NCBI GenBank assembly: GCA_007376145.1
Contig: VMFP01000004.1
Span: forward strand, 70,988-134,987
Length of the DNA: 64,000 bases
Direction: 5' to 3'
From: Parcubacteria group bacterium Gr01-1014_38
GTDB lineage: Bacteria > Patescibacteriota > Andersenbacteria > UBA10190 > CAIZMI01
Of this stretch, positions 37,126-46,980 are shown piece after piece. The position numbers and the translations under genes are program-made. Below the pieces are notes generated by a model that had not been told where the DNA came from, ran no database searches, and was given only the letters and a program-made list of their open reading frames with translations. Numbering within the stretch: the first letter of the stretch is position 1; the number at the start of each line of letters is the position of its first letter.

Positions 37126-37992
37126 CTAGCCCCGGCTGCGCACGATGAGATCGGCGATCAGACCCATGAGTCCAATTTGAATTCCGACGACGACAAGCAC
37201 GATGCTGGCATCGGAGATGTTTCGCTCGAGCGTGAGGGTGCGAGCCATGTTGGCGATGCCGAGTCCCAAAAACAGGAGGCTGGGGACCGCGAAGAATCTT
37301 AAGGGGCGAAAATACGTCACGATGCGAACGATGAGCGTCAAGAAGTTCGGAAACTCCTGGAACAGACCGCGTCGAAGGGTGATGGTGGATTTCCCGACGC
37401 GCGGCGCGTAGACGACGGGCACCCACCGAACGCCGAGTTTGTTTGTCAGCGCGGCGAGCGTCGCCGTCGTCGTGAACGAGAAGCCGTCGGGAAACAGATG
37501 GAAGAATCGCTCAACGAATTCTCGTCGCATCACGCGCATGCCGGAGTTGAGATCCGGAATGCGCCGACCGACGAGAAACGCCGCCAGTGCGGAAACGATC
37601 ACCTTTCCGGGACGCCGCAGCAGCGGAAACGCCGCGACGTTCCCAACGCGAACGCCGACGACCATCTCGACACCGTCGGTCAACGTCTCCAGGAGGCGTG
37701 GGAAGTCATCCACCGGATACGTACCGTCCGAGTCAATGATGCCAAGGAGGTCGCCGCGCGCAGCGCGGATACCGGTTTTCAGCGCCGCCCCATACCCGCG
37801 GTTCTCCGGGTGGCGGACGACCATCACCGCCGAATGCCGACGAAGAATTTCTGGAGTGTTGTCGGTAGAACCGTCGTCCACGACAAGAATCTCCGACGGC
37901 ATGGAAAGCCTCTCGCGCATACGGAGAAGCCCCGCCAGACTTTTCTCGAGTCCTTGGGCCTCGTTGTAGGTCGGCACGATAATGCTGAGCAC
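37126..37992 (-). CDS. GT2 polyprenol-phosphate glycosyltransferase with two C-terminal TM helices
   Basis: IVPTYNEA, VDDGSTD, NRGYGAALK, DSDGTY, DLNSGMR, C-terminal hydrophobic pair. Confidence 0.9.
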   Translation of the reverse strand: MLSIIVPTYNEAQGLEKSLAGLLRMRERLSMPSEILVVDDGSTDNTPEILRRHSAVMVVRHPENRGYGAALKTGIRAARGDLLGIIDSDGTYPVDDFPRLLETLTDGVEMVVGVRVGNVAAFPLLRRPGKVIVSALAAFLVGRRIPDLNSGMRVMRREFVERFFHLFPDGFSFTTTATLAALTNKLGVRWVPVVYAPRVGKSTITLRRGLFQEFPNFLTLIVRIVTYFRPLRFFAVPSLLFLGLGIANMARTLTLERNISDASIVLVVVGIQIGLMGLIADLIVRSRG

Positions 37993-37998
37993 GAACGC

Positions 37999-38027
37999 AG
38001 TCTATGCGAGGGGCCGCAGTTCGTCGA
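37999..38027 (-). promoter_or_regulatory. promoter TCGACG-17-TAGACT, 6 nt before GTG 37992 (leaderless)
   Basis: Read directly from the minus strand. Confidence 0.5.
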
Positions 38028-38113
38028 GACGTCTCTTGGAACCCGCTCGGCCTTCCAAGCAACTCTCCCGCGCGGTTGCGCTCGAAGATGATCGCCGGGA
38101 TGATACGAGAGTC

Positions 38114-40951
38114 GTGAGCATCCGAGGATGGAACGGAGTGGCCTGGTGGCGTGGGCGCGTGCGGATCCTGACGCGACGAGAATCCATCAAAGCGGCGGCG
38201 TGTTTTTCCCTCCTCGTCAGTCTCTTCTTCGGTGCCACCTGGCTCCAAGGCCGGCTTCTCCTCTTCTTCGACCTTCTGTTCATCACCGCGCCCTTTGAAG
38301 ACATCTTTGCGCGGTACCAACGGGCCGGCCAGCTCCCGATCTGGGTTCCCGAGATGCAGAGCGGGTACCCCCTTCTCGGAGCACCGCACATGAACTTCTT
38401 TTACCCCGTGCACCTGTTGCTTCGGCAGTTCCTTCCCGGCGTGGTCACTCTCAACCTCTCGCTCGCGTTTCACCTCTTCATCGCCGGGTACGGGATGTGG
38501 CTCTTCCTTCGCGCACACCGACTTTCGTGGGCAAGTGCGCTGACCGGTGGCATCCTCTACGCCCTCGGCGCGCATCTCACGGGGCGCTTCGGCCTCCTCA
38601 ACATTGTCTTGCCTGTCTCCTGGCTGCCGTTGCTCCTCTGGACATTCCAGCGTCTCTGGGACCGGCCGACGCTCCCGCGCGCGATCGCCTTGGCCGCCAT
38701 CGCCTCGCTCCACGTCCTCTCCGGCTCACCGCAGATGTCGGTGATCGCTGCGAGCGTGGTGGGCCTGTACGCCCTCGGTCTCCTTGCCACGTCGCGCCGA
38801 GAGCCGCGGCGTCACGCACGCCGCGGCGCCCTGCTCTTGGTGAGCGTGGCGGCAACCCTCGGACTCGTGGCGGTGCAGCTGGTCCCTGGGCTTTCAAACC
38901 TGCGATTCACCGATCGGAATGAACCGCTCTCGCGGCGCGAACTCCTCGAATTCGGGTACCCGCCGTGGCAGACGTTGACCTGGGCATTCCCAGACGCCTT
39001 TGGCCATGATCGGCAGTACTTCGGCGCGAAAAACGAAACGGAACTCGCGTTCTCGTTCGGCGCCGTCGGCTGGCTCCTCGTATTTGGCGGAACGTTGTTC
39101 ATCCGCCGCCTGGACAGGCCACTGCGCGTGTTCCTCGTGCTGCTCGCGATCGTCGGCGTGTCGCTCGCTCCCGGAGAACATTCGCCGGTGTACCGCTGGC
39201 TCGTCGAACATCGTCTCATCCAGCACTTCGCGCAACCGGCGCGCGTCCTGATCATGCTCCACTTCGCGGGGAGTGTGGCCGGCGCCGCGTTCGTCGCTGC
39301 GCTGCCGACACTCCGCTCACGCCACCGTGCGCTTCTCACCATTATTGCGGCCGCCGTCCTTTTCAGCACCCTCGCCGGCGCGGTCACGCTCCTTCCTTCG
39401 TCCATCGCGGAACGAACTACTGCAGCACTTCGTCACTCTCCCTGGCGGGTCGTCACGCCGCTCGCCGCGTTCCTCGGCGTGGCCCTGCTCCTGCTGCCCG
39501 GGTCTTGGCGGTCGTGGCGGACAGCCCTGCTCCTCGGCGTGAGCAGCGCAGAACTCCTCGGTGTCGCCTGGTGGTTCAACACGAGCGAAGACGCGGCGGT
39601 GGCACTCCAACGCCCCTGGGTTCTCCAATACCTCGGTGGTCCTCCACCACAACCCCGACTCTACGAACGCAGTAACCTCATCGTCACTCGCCCGGCAGAC
39701 TATACGCCCACCCTCTGGCACCGTCCCACGAACCTGCGCTCCGCACGTCAATCCTTCATTGCGCAGCAAGACGGACTGAAGGGAGTGACCGTTCAGTTCT
39801 CCTGGGACCGGCAGGTGGTCCACCGCGGCACGCTCCGGCTGACCCTGGAAGATGCCGAGGGCGTTCCGTTGGCGACTGCGGAGCGCGCGTATGCCGACGC
39901 CCAAGACGCTCAACCGCTCGAATTCCCTTTCGCGCGCCAGCCGCACTCCTTGGATCGTGCGTACCGCCTGGTGCTCGCGTGGCAAGACGCGACCGGTCCC
40001 GGACCAAGTCTCTACCTCTACGGAAACCTGTCAGGAGACTACGACCCGACGGGAGCGTTCGAGACCTGTTCTCCGCACTGTGCTCCCCTGGCCTCCCCCG
40101 AACACGTATACGGCTTCGACCTGAATTTTGTTCCGCGGTATGCCCCACCCACGGCGAACCGGCACCTCCAGCGGCAGCTTCTCCTCCCGCACATGGGAGC
40201 CGCCCTCGGCATCGAAACGACGCGGTGGGCGGGAGCCCTCGCGCTCGCGCATCAGAAACAGTACCTCCGCGAAATCGGTGAAGACCACGAAGGCTACCCA
40301 ACGCGCTTCAATCCGCTGCCCCAGATCAACCGTCCGCTCTTGGATCGCTACAGCATCGGGTACCTTCTCGTCTCCCACCCGTTCCACGAAGGTCCTCTTA
40401 CTTTGGAAGGCATCGAACGCATCAGCGAAACGCGGATTGATGATCGGCGGGTCGCCCTGTACCGGAACCGGCACGCCTTTCCGCGGTTTCACTTTGCGGC
40501 ACAGACCGTCGTCGCCGGCGATAACCCGGAAGCACTCCGTCGTCTTACCGGAAAGCACGCACTGCCCAAAGAGGCGGTGACCGTCCAAGGACCGGGTATT
40601 ACTGCCTGGCCGCCGGTGGAAACGTTCGATACGTCGGGGAGGGTGACGCTGCAGTCATACCGTCCAACCGAGGTGGTCTTCACCGTCGACACCGCCGCGC
40701 GTGCCTTCCTTGTTCAGAGAGACGCCTACCACCCGGGGTGGCACGTGTTCGTGGATACTGACGAGGCACCATTGATTCCTGTCGACGTTATCTTCCGTGG
40801 CGTGGTGGTTCCCCCCGGCATGCATACGATCCGGTTTGCCTTCGACACACGCTCGGTCTACGCCGGACTCGGCATCACCCTCGCCACGATCGCCTTCCTC
40901 GCGCTTTTGGGAATTCCGCGTCTCTGGCACCGATTGACGTTCTTCCGCTGA
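38114..40951 (+). CDS. YfhO-family membrane protein (GT-C) with internal beta-rich insert; start uncertain (GTG 38114-38159)
   Basis: FFDLLFITAP, GQLPIWVPEMQSGYP, SGSPQ, C-terminal DAYHPGW...FRGVVVPPGMHTIRFAF. Confidence 0.78.
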   Translation: MSIRGWNGVAWWRGRVRILTRRESIKAAACFSLLVSLFFGATWLQGRLLLFFDLLFITAPFEDIFARYQRAGQLPIWVPEMQSGYPLLGAPHMNFFYPVHLLLRQFLPGVVTLNLSLAFHLFIAGYGMWLFLRAHRLSWASALTGGILYALGAHLTGRFGLLNIVLPVSWLPLLLWTFQRLWDRPTLPRAIALAAIASLHVLSGSPQMSVIAASVVGLYALGLLATSRREPRRHARRGALLLVSVAATLGLVAVQLVPGLSNLRFTDRNEPLSRRELLEFGYPPWQTLTWAFPDAFGHDRQYFGAKNETELAFSFGAVGWLLVFGGTLFIRRLDRPLRVFLVLLAIVGVSLAPGEHSPVYRWLVEHRLIQHFAQPARVLIMLHFAGSVAGAAFVAALPTLRSRHRALLTIIAAAVLFSTLAGAVTLLPSSIAERTTAALRHSPWRVVTPLAAFLGVALLLLPGSWRSWRTALLLGVSSAELLGVAWWFNTSEDAAVALQRPWVLQYLGGPPPQPRLYERSNLIVTRPADYTPTLWHRPTNLRSARQSFIAQQDGLKGVTVQFSWDRQVVHRGTLRLTLEDAEGVPLATAERAYADAQDAQPLEFPFARQPHSLDRAYRLVLAWQDATGPGPSLYLYGNLSGDYDPTGAFETCSPHCAPLASPEHVYGFDLNFVPRYAPPTANRHLQRQLLLPHMGAALGIETTRWAGALALAHQKQYLREIGEDHEGYPTRFNPLPQINRPLLDRYSIGYLLVSHPFHEGPLTLEGIERISETRIDDRRVALYRNRHAFPRFHFAAQTVVAGDNPEALRRLTGKHALPKEAVTVQGPGITAWPPVETFDTSGRVTLQSYRPTEVVFTVDTAARAFLVQRDAYHPGWHVFVDTDEAPLIPVDVIFRGVVVPPGMHTIRFAFDTRSVYAGLGITLATIAFLALLGIPRLWHRLTFFR

Positions 40952-43287
40952 TGGGCACACTCCCGGCCCGGTGGATGCCACTCGTGCTCGCGATGGTCTT
41001 CGGAAGTGCCATCGCGATCAATGCACACACGCTCCAAGTCGGGCGCGCCGACCATCACGTTGTCCCGCGCACGCGGGCAGACGACCGCGTCATCGTCCCG
41101 CCGGGAGGACGCGTTCGTCAAACCGCCCGTCCGAGCGGGGAATTACTGAACGCCTTCACCGTCCTCCTCATTCCTGACGATCTTCCCCCGCACCGACCAC
41201 GAGCACGGCTCACGGTCGAGGACCGCCGCGGCACCATCCTCGCGGAATCCTCCTCGGCCAGACAGCAAACCGATCAACAGGGCGCGACGCTGGAATTCCA
41301 GCTCGTTCCGCCGGTCGCCCTTCCGAAGACCTTCGTGACATTCATCATCGAAAACCGCGGGCCGAAGGCCTTCCACCTCGCGACGGCACCGGACGATGCG
41401 TACGAAAATGGCACGCTGGAGCAGGCGGACGGCGAGCCCCAGCACCGGGATCTCGTCTGGGGCTTTGCCACACCGACACGGGCTTCCCTCCCCACACGCA
41501 TTGGTGCTTCTCTGGCGGCGGCCCTGACGTTGGCCTGGGGCGTGCTCGAGAGTACCCGCTGGAAAACGCCCGGCATCTGGCGGGCCGCCGGCGTCCTGGC
41601 AGTGCTCGCGGTTCCTGCGGGCATGCTCGGTGTCCTCGCTGACCCTGCGGCGTGGGGAATTTCGGACTGGGACCTGTACTTCACCACGCATGACCTGTAC
41701 CGCGCGGCTCTCCTCCGCTTCCACCAAATTCCTTTCTGGAATCCCGCGGTATGCGGTGGAACCGCCGGCCTCGCCGATCCCGAATTTCCGGTCTTCGGGC
41801 CTGGGTTTCTGCTTGAGCTCCTCGCGGGCGTTCCGTGGGGACTCCGGCTGTCGCTCCTCGGCCACCTGGCGACCGGAGGACTCGGGATGCTGCTGCTCGG
41901 ACGCGCCGTGGGACTGTCCGCACGAGGGTCCTTCCTGGCGGCGCTCGTGGCGTTCACGAGCTCATCCATCCCTCTGCGATTCGTGGAGGGACACGTTTCG
42001 TGGTTCGCGGTGACCTGGATCCCGTGGGTGGTGTGGGCGTGGATCAGAGCCTATCGTCGCCAGTCGGGGACGGTTCTCCCGGCAGTGTTCCTCGTGCTGA
42101 TGTTGTTCGAAGGAGGCATCTATCCGCTCTTCTATCTGCTCGGCGGCTTCGCCCTCTGGCCGTGGCTCTTGAAAGACCGCCGGGCGGCGCTCCTCACGTC
42201 CGTACGCGCGGTGCTGTGGACGACGGGCCTCGCAGGAATCAAGCTCCTTCCCACGCTGCAATGGGTACAGACCTACCAAGACCAGGTGTTTGCGACCTCC
42301 GCCTTCACCTTCCCCCACCTGTGGCAGATCTTTCTCGGTCGGCACCTCCATGGGGCCGACGTTTTCCCGCACCAGGGCGGCGGCTGGCACGAGTATGGGT
42401 CGTACCTGGGCCCGATGGTGCTCATCCTGCTCGCGCTCGGGAGTACGCGCGCGAAGACCTCACGGATCGTCCGGGCACTCTTCGTGGTGGCGCTCTTCGG
42501 TCTGATCGTTTCCTCGCTTGGGCCCTGGCTGGCACCAGTCCTCGATACGCTTTCGATCCTTCCCCGGTCGAATCTTTCCCGACTCGTCCTGGTGGTGACC
42601 TTGACAGGAGCCCTGCTTGCCGGATTCGGGTTCGACCGACTCCTGCGCTTCTTCCCGCACCGACAGGCGAGACTCGTCAGCGTCGTCGTCGTCAGTCTCA
42701 TTGCCCTTGACCTCTTCACGCTTGCCGTCCCCATCTCTTTCCAAGCATTCCGTGTCCCACCGCTCGGACTCTCCGTGCGCGCGCCGTCGCCGCTTCTGCA
42801 TACCAAGGATCGCCACGAGATCCGGATTGACGGCACGGATTACCCGCGGATGTACGCCAACGCCCGCGCGGGCTTCGGCTCTCTCGCTGCGTGTACACCG
42901 ATCGGACCACGGCCGGCAGTCGCGGATTGGCGAGAGCTCGCGACACCGACCGGCGTGACGGTCGCCGACGCGGACGCTCGGGCGACCCTCGATGCCTGGA
43001 CACCCAACCGCATGGTCGTTCGCGTGACGACACCACGACCCACGACGGTGACGCTCCAGACCAACGCTGCCCAAGGTTGGCAGGTCAATGGGAAACCACT
43101 CCCGGAAACGCGCGGCCTTCTCCGGACCACCGTCCCCGCTGGCGAACAGGCACTCGTGTTCACCTACCGACCACCGGGGCTTCCGACAGGCATCGCGGTA
43201 AGTGTCATCACGCTTCTTCTGGCGCTCAAGTCTCACCACCCTAACACCAAAAATTCGGGAGCCACTGCGCTACACTCTCGCGTATGA
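40951..43287 (+). CDS. YfhO-like membrane protein (GT-C) with N-terminal extracytoplasmic domain
   Basis: ISDWDLY, QIPFWNPAVCGG, VEGH, WHEYGSYLG, C-terminal WTPN...FTYRPPG. Confidence 0.75.
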   Translation: MGTLPARWMPLVLAMVFGSAIAINAHTLQVGRADHHVVPRTRADDRVIVPPGGRVRQTARPSGELLNAFTVLLIPDDLPPHRPRARLTVEDRRGTILAESSSARQQTDQQGATLEFQLVPPVALPKTFVTFIIENRGPKAFHLATAPDDAYENGTLEQADGEPQHRDLVWGFATPTRASLPTRIGASLAAALTLAWGVLESTRWKTPGIWRAAGVLAVLAVPAGMLGVLADPAAWGISDWDLYFTTHDLYRAALLRFHQIPFWNPAVCGGTAGLADPEFPVFGPGFLLELLAGVPWGLRLSLLGHLATGGLGMLLLGRAVGLSARGSFLAALVAFTSSSIPLRFVEGHVSWFAVTWIPWVVWAWIRAYRRQSGTVLPAVFLVLMLFEGGIYPLFYLLGGFALWPWLLKDRRAALLTSVRAVLWTTGLAGIKLLPTLQWVQTYQDQVFATSAFTFPHLWQIFLGRHLHGADVFPHQGGGWHEYGSYLGPMVLILLALGSTRAKTSRIVRALFVVALFGLIVSSLGPWLAPVLDTLSILPRSNLSRLVLVVTLTGALLAGFGFDRLLRFFPHRQARLVSVVVVSLIALDLFTLAVPISFQAFRVPPLGLSVRAPSPLLHTKDRHEIRIDGTDYPRMYANARAGFGSLAACTPIGPRPAVADWRELATPTGVTVADADARATLDAWTPNRMVVRVTTPRPTTVTLQTNAAQGWQVNGKPLPETRGLLRTTVPAGEQALVFTYRPPGLPTGIAVSVITLLLALKSHHPNTKNSGATALHSRV

Positions 43288-43457
43288 CCGCCTCGCACCC
43301 TGTCGCGGAGACGCGCGCGGGGTCAACCGACCGCTTTGGGATGGAATGGTCCCGCTATGCTGAACTCCGGTCCGCATATCGTGCGCAGCTCCTCGACTGG
43401 ATCACGCCGCTCACGCTTGCGGACTTCCGAGACACGACCGTCCTTGACGCCGGCTGA
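43284..43457 (+). pseudogene. truncated SAM methyltransferase remnant (57 aa)
   Basis: ATG coupled to the upstream stop. MTASHPVAETRAGSTDRFGMEWSRY...TTVLDAG ends in TGA at the Cys position of LDAGCG; no catalytic domain follows. Confidence 0.65.
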
Positions 43458-43508
43458 GGTATTCTCACAACAGCTCGGCGTTGCGATTCCGATTAGAATC
43501 TAGGACGT

Positions 43509-45107
43509 ATGACGAGCCCCGTACTCCCTGCTCCCTTCTTGGCATTGAGTCGTGTCCCATGGACCCGAGCTCGAAAAGCTTCGTTCCGACTGTTCTCTAC
43601 GGTACTCCCGTGGATGACGATCGCGGCCTTCGCGTACGCGTATGGGCGCCTTGCTCTGCTGAACGAGGCACACCTCAACAATGGGCTCGATCTCGGGATC
43701 CTCCACCAACTTGTCTGGCGCATCAGCCGGGGATCGCTGCCCGAGAGCAGTCTGAAGGGATTTATCCTCTGGGGCGACCATGCCAACTTCCTTCTGTACG
43801 TCCTCGTCCCCTTCTACCGACTCTTTCCGGACGTTCGGACCTTGCTCGTGTCGCAAGCGGTCGCCGGCACCATCGCCGCCTGGCCGCTCTTCCGCGTTGC
43901 GTGGGCGGCCACGCGGAACGCATTCTTCGCTTACGTGATCCTGTTCGCATCGCTGCTGTTCTGGGGCCTGCAAAATGCGTTGGACTTCGACGTTCACGCG
44001 CCCATCTTTGTCATCGCCCCCTTGGCATGGTTTCTCTACGGACTCTACTTTCGCCGCCCGGTACTCACCGGAGGCGCACTGGCGGCGGGCCTGTTGGCAC
44101 AGGAGGACGCGGCAGCCATGTTTGCCGCCACTGGTATCTTTCTCCTCTTCACGCGACGCCGTCGCTGGGGCGTCTGGATCGCGCTGACGTCAGTCGTCTA
44201 CCTCCTCGTCATTGGCTACCTCGTCATGCCCCGCTACACCCCAGGCGGAACGCCCTTGGTGCATTTCGACATCGGCGAATACCCGGGCGGGCCGGTCCGG
44301 AGGACGTTCGGTGCACTCACTCACCCCGCGCGAACGTTCCGGATGGCAACTGACCATCCCGAAAAAGTAGACACGCTGAAGAGTCTCTTTCGGGCGTGGG
44401 GCTACCTCCCGCTTTTTTCGCCGTTCACCCTCGTCTCGTTTCTTCCATCCTTCATCTCGCGCTTTCTCTCCCTCGAAGACCTGCGCTGGGTCCGCGCCTA
44501 TCACTACAATGCGCCCACCTTTCCCTTGTTCGCGTTCGGCGCCATCTTGGTGACCGCGCGGATTTCCCGTTGGGTCACGAAAGGTATTGCCCAGCGCCTG
44601 ACCCCGTTGGTCGCAAGCACCGCGTGCGCACTCCTCGTCGCCGCCGGAACCTACGCCTCCTCAATCCGGAATCGAGATCTGCCGTTGTGGAAGCTCGCCA
44701 ACGCGCGTTTCACCGATCGCCCCTACTTCCCGGAACATGCGGCGCACTTGGTCCGCGGAATACGAGGAGTGATTCCACCGAACGCTGCCGTCTCTGTCGC
44801 CAGCGGCTTTGTCGGCATGTTTAGCAACAGAAAGCGCGTCCATGTTTTCCCGAACCTCCCGTCTACCGGCGTACCCACGTGGATCGTGACGAGTGACCAA
44901 TTTAATACGTGGCCCTTGGCGAAGGGAGAAATGGCCGAGGCCATTGATCGTCTCCGGTCCGATCCCGCGTATGAAGTTATTTGGGACGAGTACGCCATCG
45001 TCGTCGCTAAGCCGCGCCCGCGGGACAGAGGGGCGCAACGTCCGCCGTCGGCACCCTCGCTTCGCGCGGCCCCGAATGCCGACCGCCCGCCAAGCGCTGA
45101 AGAGTGA
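43509..45107 (+). CDS. DUF2079 family membrane protein (GT-C-like)
   Basis: DLGILHQLVW, GDH, PFYRLFP, LLVSQA, FDVH, QED, HYNAP. Confidence 0.75.
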   Translation: MTSPVLPAPFLALSRVPWTRARKASFRLFSTVLPWMTIAAFAYAYGRLALLNEAHLNNGLDLGILHQLVWRISRGSLPESSLKGFILWGDHANFLLYVLVPFYRLFPDVRTLLVSQAVAGTIAAWPLFRVAWAATRNAFFAYVILFASLLFWGLQNALDFDVHAPIFVIAPLAWFLYGLYFRRPVLTGGALAAGLLAQEDAAAMFAATGIFLLFTRRRRWGVWIALTSVVYLLVIGYLVMPRYTPGGTPLVHFDIGEYPGGPVRRTFGALTHPARTFRMATDHPEKVDTLKSLFRAWGYLPLFSPFTLVSFLPSFISRFLSLEDLRWVRAYHYNAPTFPLFAFGAILVTARISRWVTKGIAQRLTPLVASTACALLVAAGTYASSIRNRDLPLWKLANARFTDRPYFPEHAAHLVRGIRGVIPPNAAVSVASGFVGMFSNRKRVHVFPNLPSTGVPTWIVTSDQFNTWPLAKGEMAEAIDRLRSDPAYEVIWDEYAIVVAKPRPRDRGAQRPPSAPSLRAAPNADRPPSAEE

Positions 45108-45147
45108 GAGAAAGCCTTGGGTACTCGACGGCTCACGTGGCAAAGAA

Positions 45148-45180
45148 AATAGTATGGACCACGGGATGTGCTATTTTTTA
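45148..45180 (+). terminator. possible weak AT-rich hairpin terminator
   Basis: AAAATAGTAT...GTGCTATTTT followed by TT, downstream of 45107. Confidence 0.3.
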
Positions 45181-45259
45181 CTCCTCGCGCCCGGCGGCGG
45201 AGGCACTCCTCGCTACTGCGCACGCTCCGTGCTAGCGTGAGACGTCAGTCGTTTTGCTC

Positions 45260-46975
45260 ATGCCCGACGCGCGCGCCATCTACGCGGTATCCGCCTTCCG
45301 GAGCCTGCCGCGGCTCTTGAGCCTCCTGGACCGGAACCCGCTCTCCCCCACCTACGGCTGCTTCCACCGCGACTACTGGCTGTACCGGACGTCGGACTTT
45401 CCGGACGCCGTTCGGCAATTCGGCGTGCATGCACTCGCACTCGCGTACGCAGCGGATCTTCCGCCGAATCCGTACCGAGGCAATGCGCAAATCCGCAGAT
45501 GGGCGATTGCCGCGCTCGACTTCTGGGCAACGATCCAGCATGCGGACGGCTCGTGTGATGAGTTTTATCCCTTTGAGCGCGGATGGGTCGGACCAACGGC
45601 GTTCACCACGTATACCAGCAGCGAGTCCCTCCGCCTGTTGGGCGCGGAAGTTCCGACCGCTGTTGGGAAGCGCGTGAAGACTGCGATCCGCCGCGCGGCG
45701 CAGTTCATCGCGGCGGGTGAAGCGGAGCACGACCATCTCGCGAACCATCATGCGATGGCATTTCTCGCGGTCTCCACGGCCGCCGATGTGCTCAACGACG
45801 ACGAGATTCGCGCCGGGCTTCCGAAACTCTTCGACGGATTTCTCCGGTACTGCACCGCGGAGGGATGGTGCCTGGAGTACGACGGTGCTGATCCGGGGTA
45901 TCTCTCTGCCACGGTTTCGTTTCTCGGAAAAGTCTATGCGCGGCATCCTTCTCCCGAACTCCGAGAGGTTCTGGAGAAGGCCGTTGAGTTCTGCAGCTAT
46001 TTTGTCTACCCGGACGGCTCGTACGCCGGCATGCTTGGGAGCCGAAACACCCTGCATTTCTACCCCCATGGCTTCGAGCTCCTCGCGCCGGAGATACCGC
46101 TTGCGGCGAGCGTGGCGAACCGGATGGCTTCCGCACTCGCCGAGGGGAAACTCGTGCCTCCAGAGATCATGTCCGATCGGTACGTACACTACCGTGTTCC
46201 GGAATTCCTTTTGGCGGCGCTGGAGACCCGCCCGCGGCCAGCAACGCTCACGCCACTCCCCTACCAACGCGCGCCATTCGTCCGGGTGTTTCCCCACGCC
46301 GGCATGACCGCTGCTGCTCACGGACCGGCGTACACCGTTGCGAACCTTGCAAAGGGTGGCGTCGTCAAGAGCTTCGAACGAGAACAGGGACGCCTACTCA
46401 TCAACGACAGCGGCTGGGTGGGAACGCTGGAAGACGGGCGCACGGTGACGTCGCAGTGGATCGATCCGCACTACACGCAGAACATCCAGGAAAACTCCTG
46501 GACGGTGCGCGGACAGTTGCGGGTGGTCCCATCGGCAAAGCCCTTCACACTCTGGACGCACCTCGCCTTTCGCCTGGCCCTCGCGCTGGTCGGCTGGTCG
46601 CCGCGCGCCGCGCACTGGCTCAAAACTTGGATCCGCAAAAGTCTTATTCTCGACAGCCGTCCCGTTGCCTGTATGTTCGAGCGGCGCATTGAACTCTCAA
46701 AAACGCAGCTGAAGATCACCGACGAACTACAGAGTGACGTGCAATTCCGGCAACTCCTCCTCGGCGGAGAACTTCCGGTGCGCTACGTCCCCCAGAGTCG
46801 CTTCTTCCAACCGCACGAACTGGAAAGCCGCAGTCGCATTCTCTCCGACGAAGAACTTGCGCGGGTGAATGCGGGAGAACTCTTCCAGAGTGTGCGTACG
46901 ATTGATGTCGAGACACCGCAGGAGCGCACGGCTGCCGAAGAGGAGCCTGCGAATCTTCACGTTCCCTCTTTCTAG
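45260..46975 (+). CDS. hypothetical protein of glycan loci; predicted alpha/alpha-barrel plus beta-sandwich (lyase/epimerase-like)
   Basis: LDRNPLSPTYGCFHRDYW, ANHH, EGWCLEYDGADPGY, GSRNT; helical N-terminal part, beta-rich C-terminal part. Confidence 0.6.
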   Translation: MPDARAIYAVSAFRSLPRLLSLLDRNPLSPTYGCFHRDYWLYRTSDFPDAVRQFGVHALALAYAADLPPNPYRGNAQIRRWAIAALDFWATIQHADGSCDEFYPFERGWVGPTAFTTYTSSESLRLLGAEVPTAVGKRVKTAIRRAAQFIAAGEAEHDHLANHHAMAFLAVSTAADVLNDDEIRAGLPKLFDGFLRYCTAEGWCLEYDGADPGYLSATVSFLGKVYARHPSPELREVLEKAVEFCSYFVYPDGSYAGMLGSRNTLHFYPHGFELLAPEIPLAASVANRMASALAEGKLVPPEIMSDRYVHYRVPEFLLAALETRPRPATLTPLPYQRAPFVRVFPHAGMTAAAHGPAYTVANLAKGGVVKSFEREQGRLLINDSGWVGTLEDGRTVTSQWIDPHYTQNIQENSWTVRGQLRVVPSAKPFTLWTHLAFRLALALVGWSPRAAHWLKTWIRKSLILDSRPVACMFERRIELSKTQLKITDELQSDVQFRQLLLGGELPVRYVPQSRFFQPHELESRSRILSDEELARVNAGELFQSVRTIDVETPQERTAAEEEPANLHVPSF

Positions 46976-46980
46976 CGTCC

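Noticed and set aside
43455-43457. TGA recoding (selenocysteine or genetic code 25)
   Set aside because: TGA is a normal stop in many genes here, and no methyltransferase sequence resumes after it.
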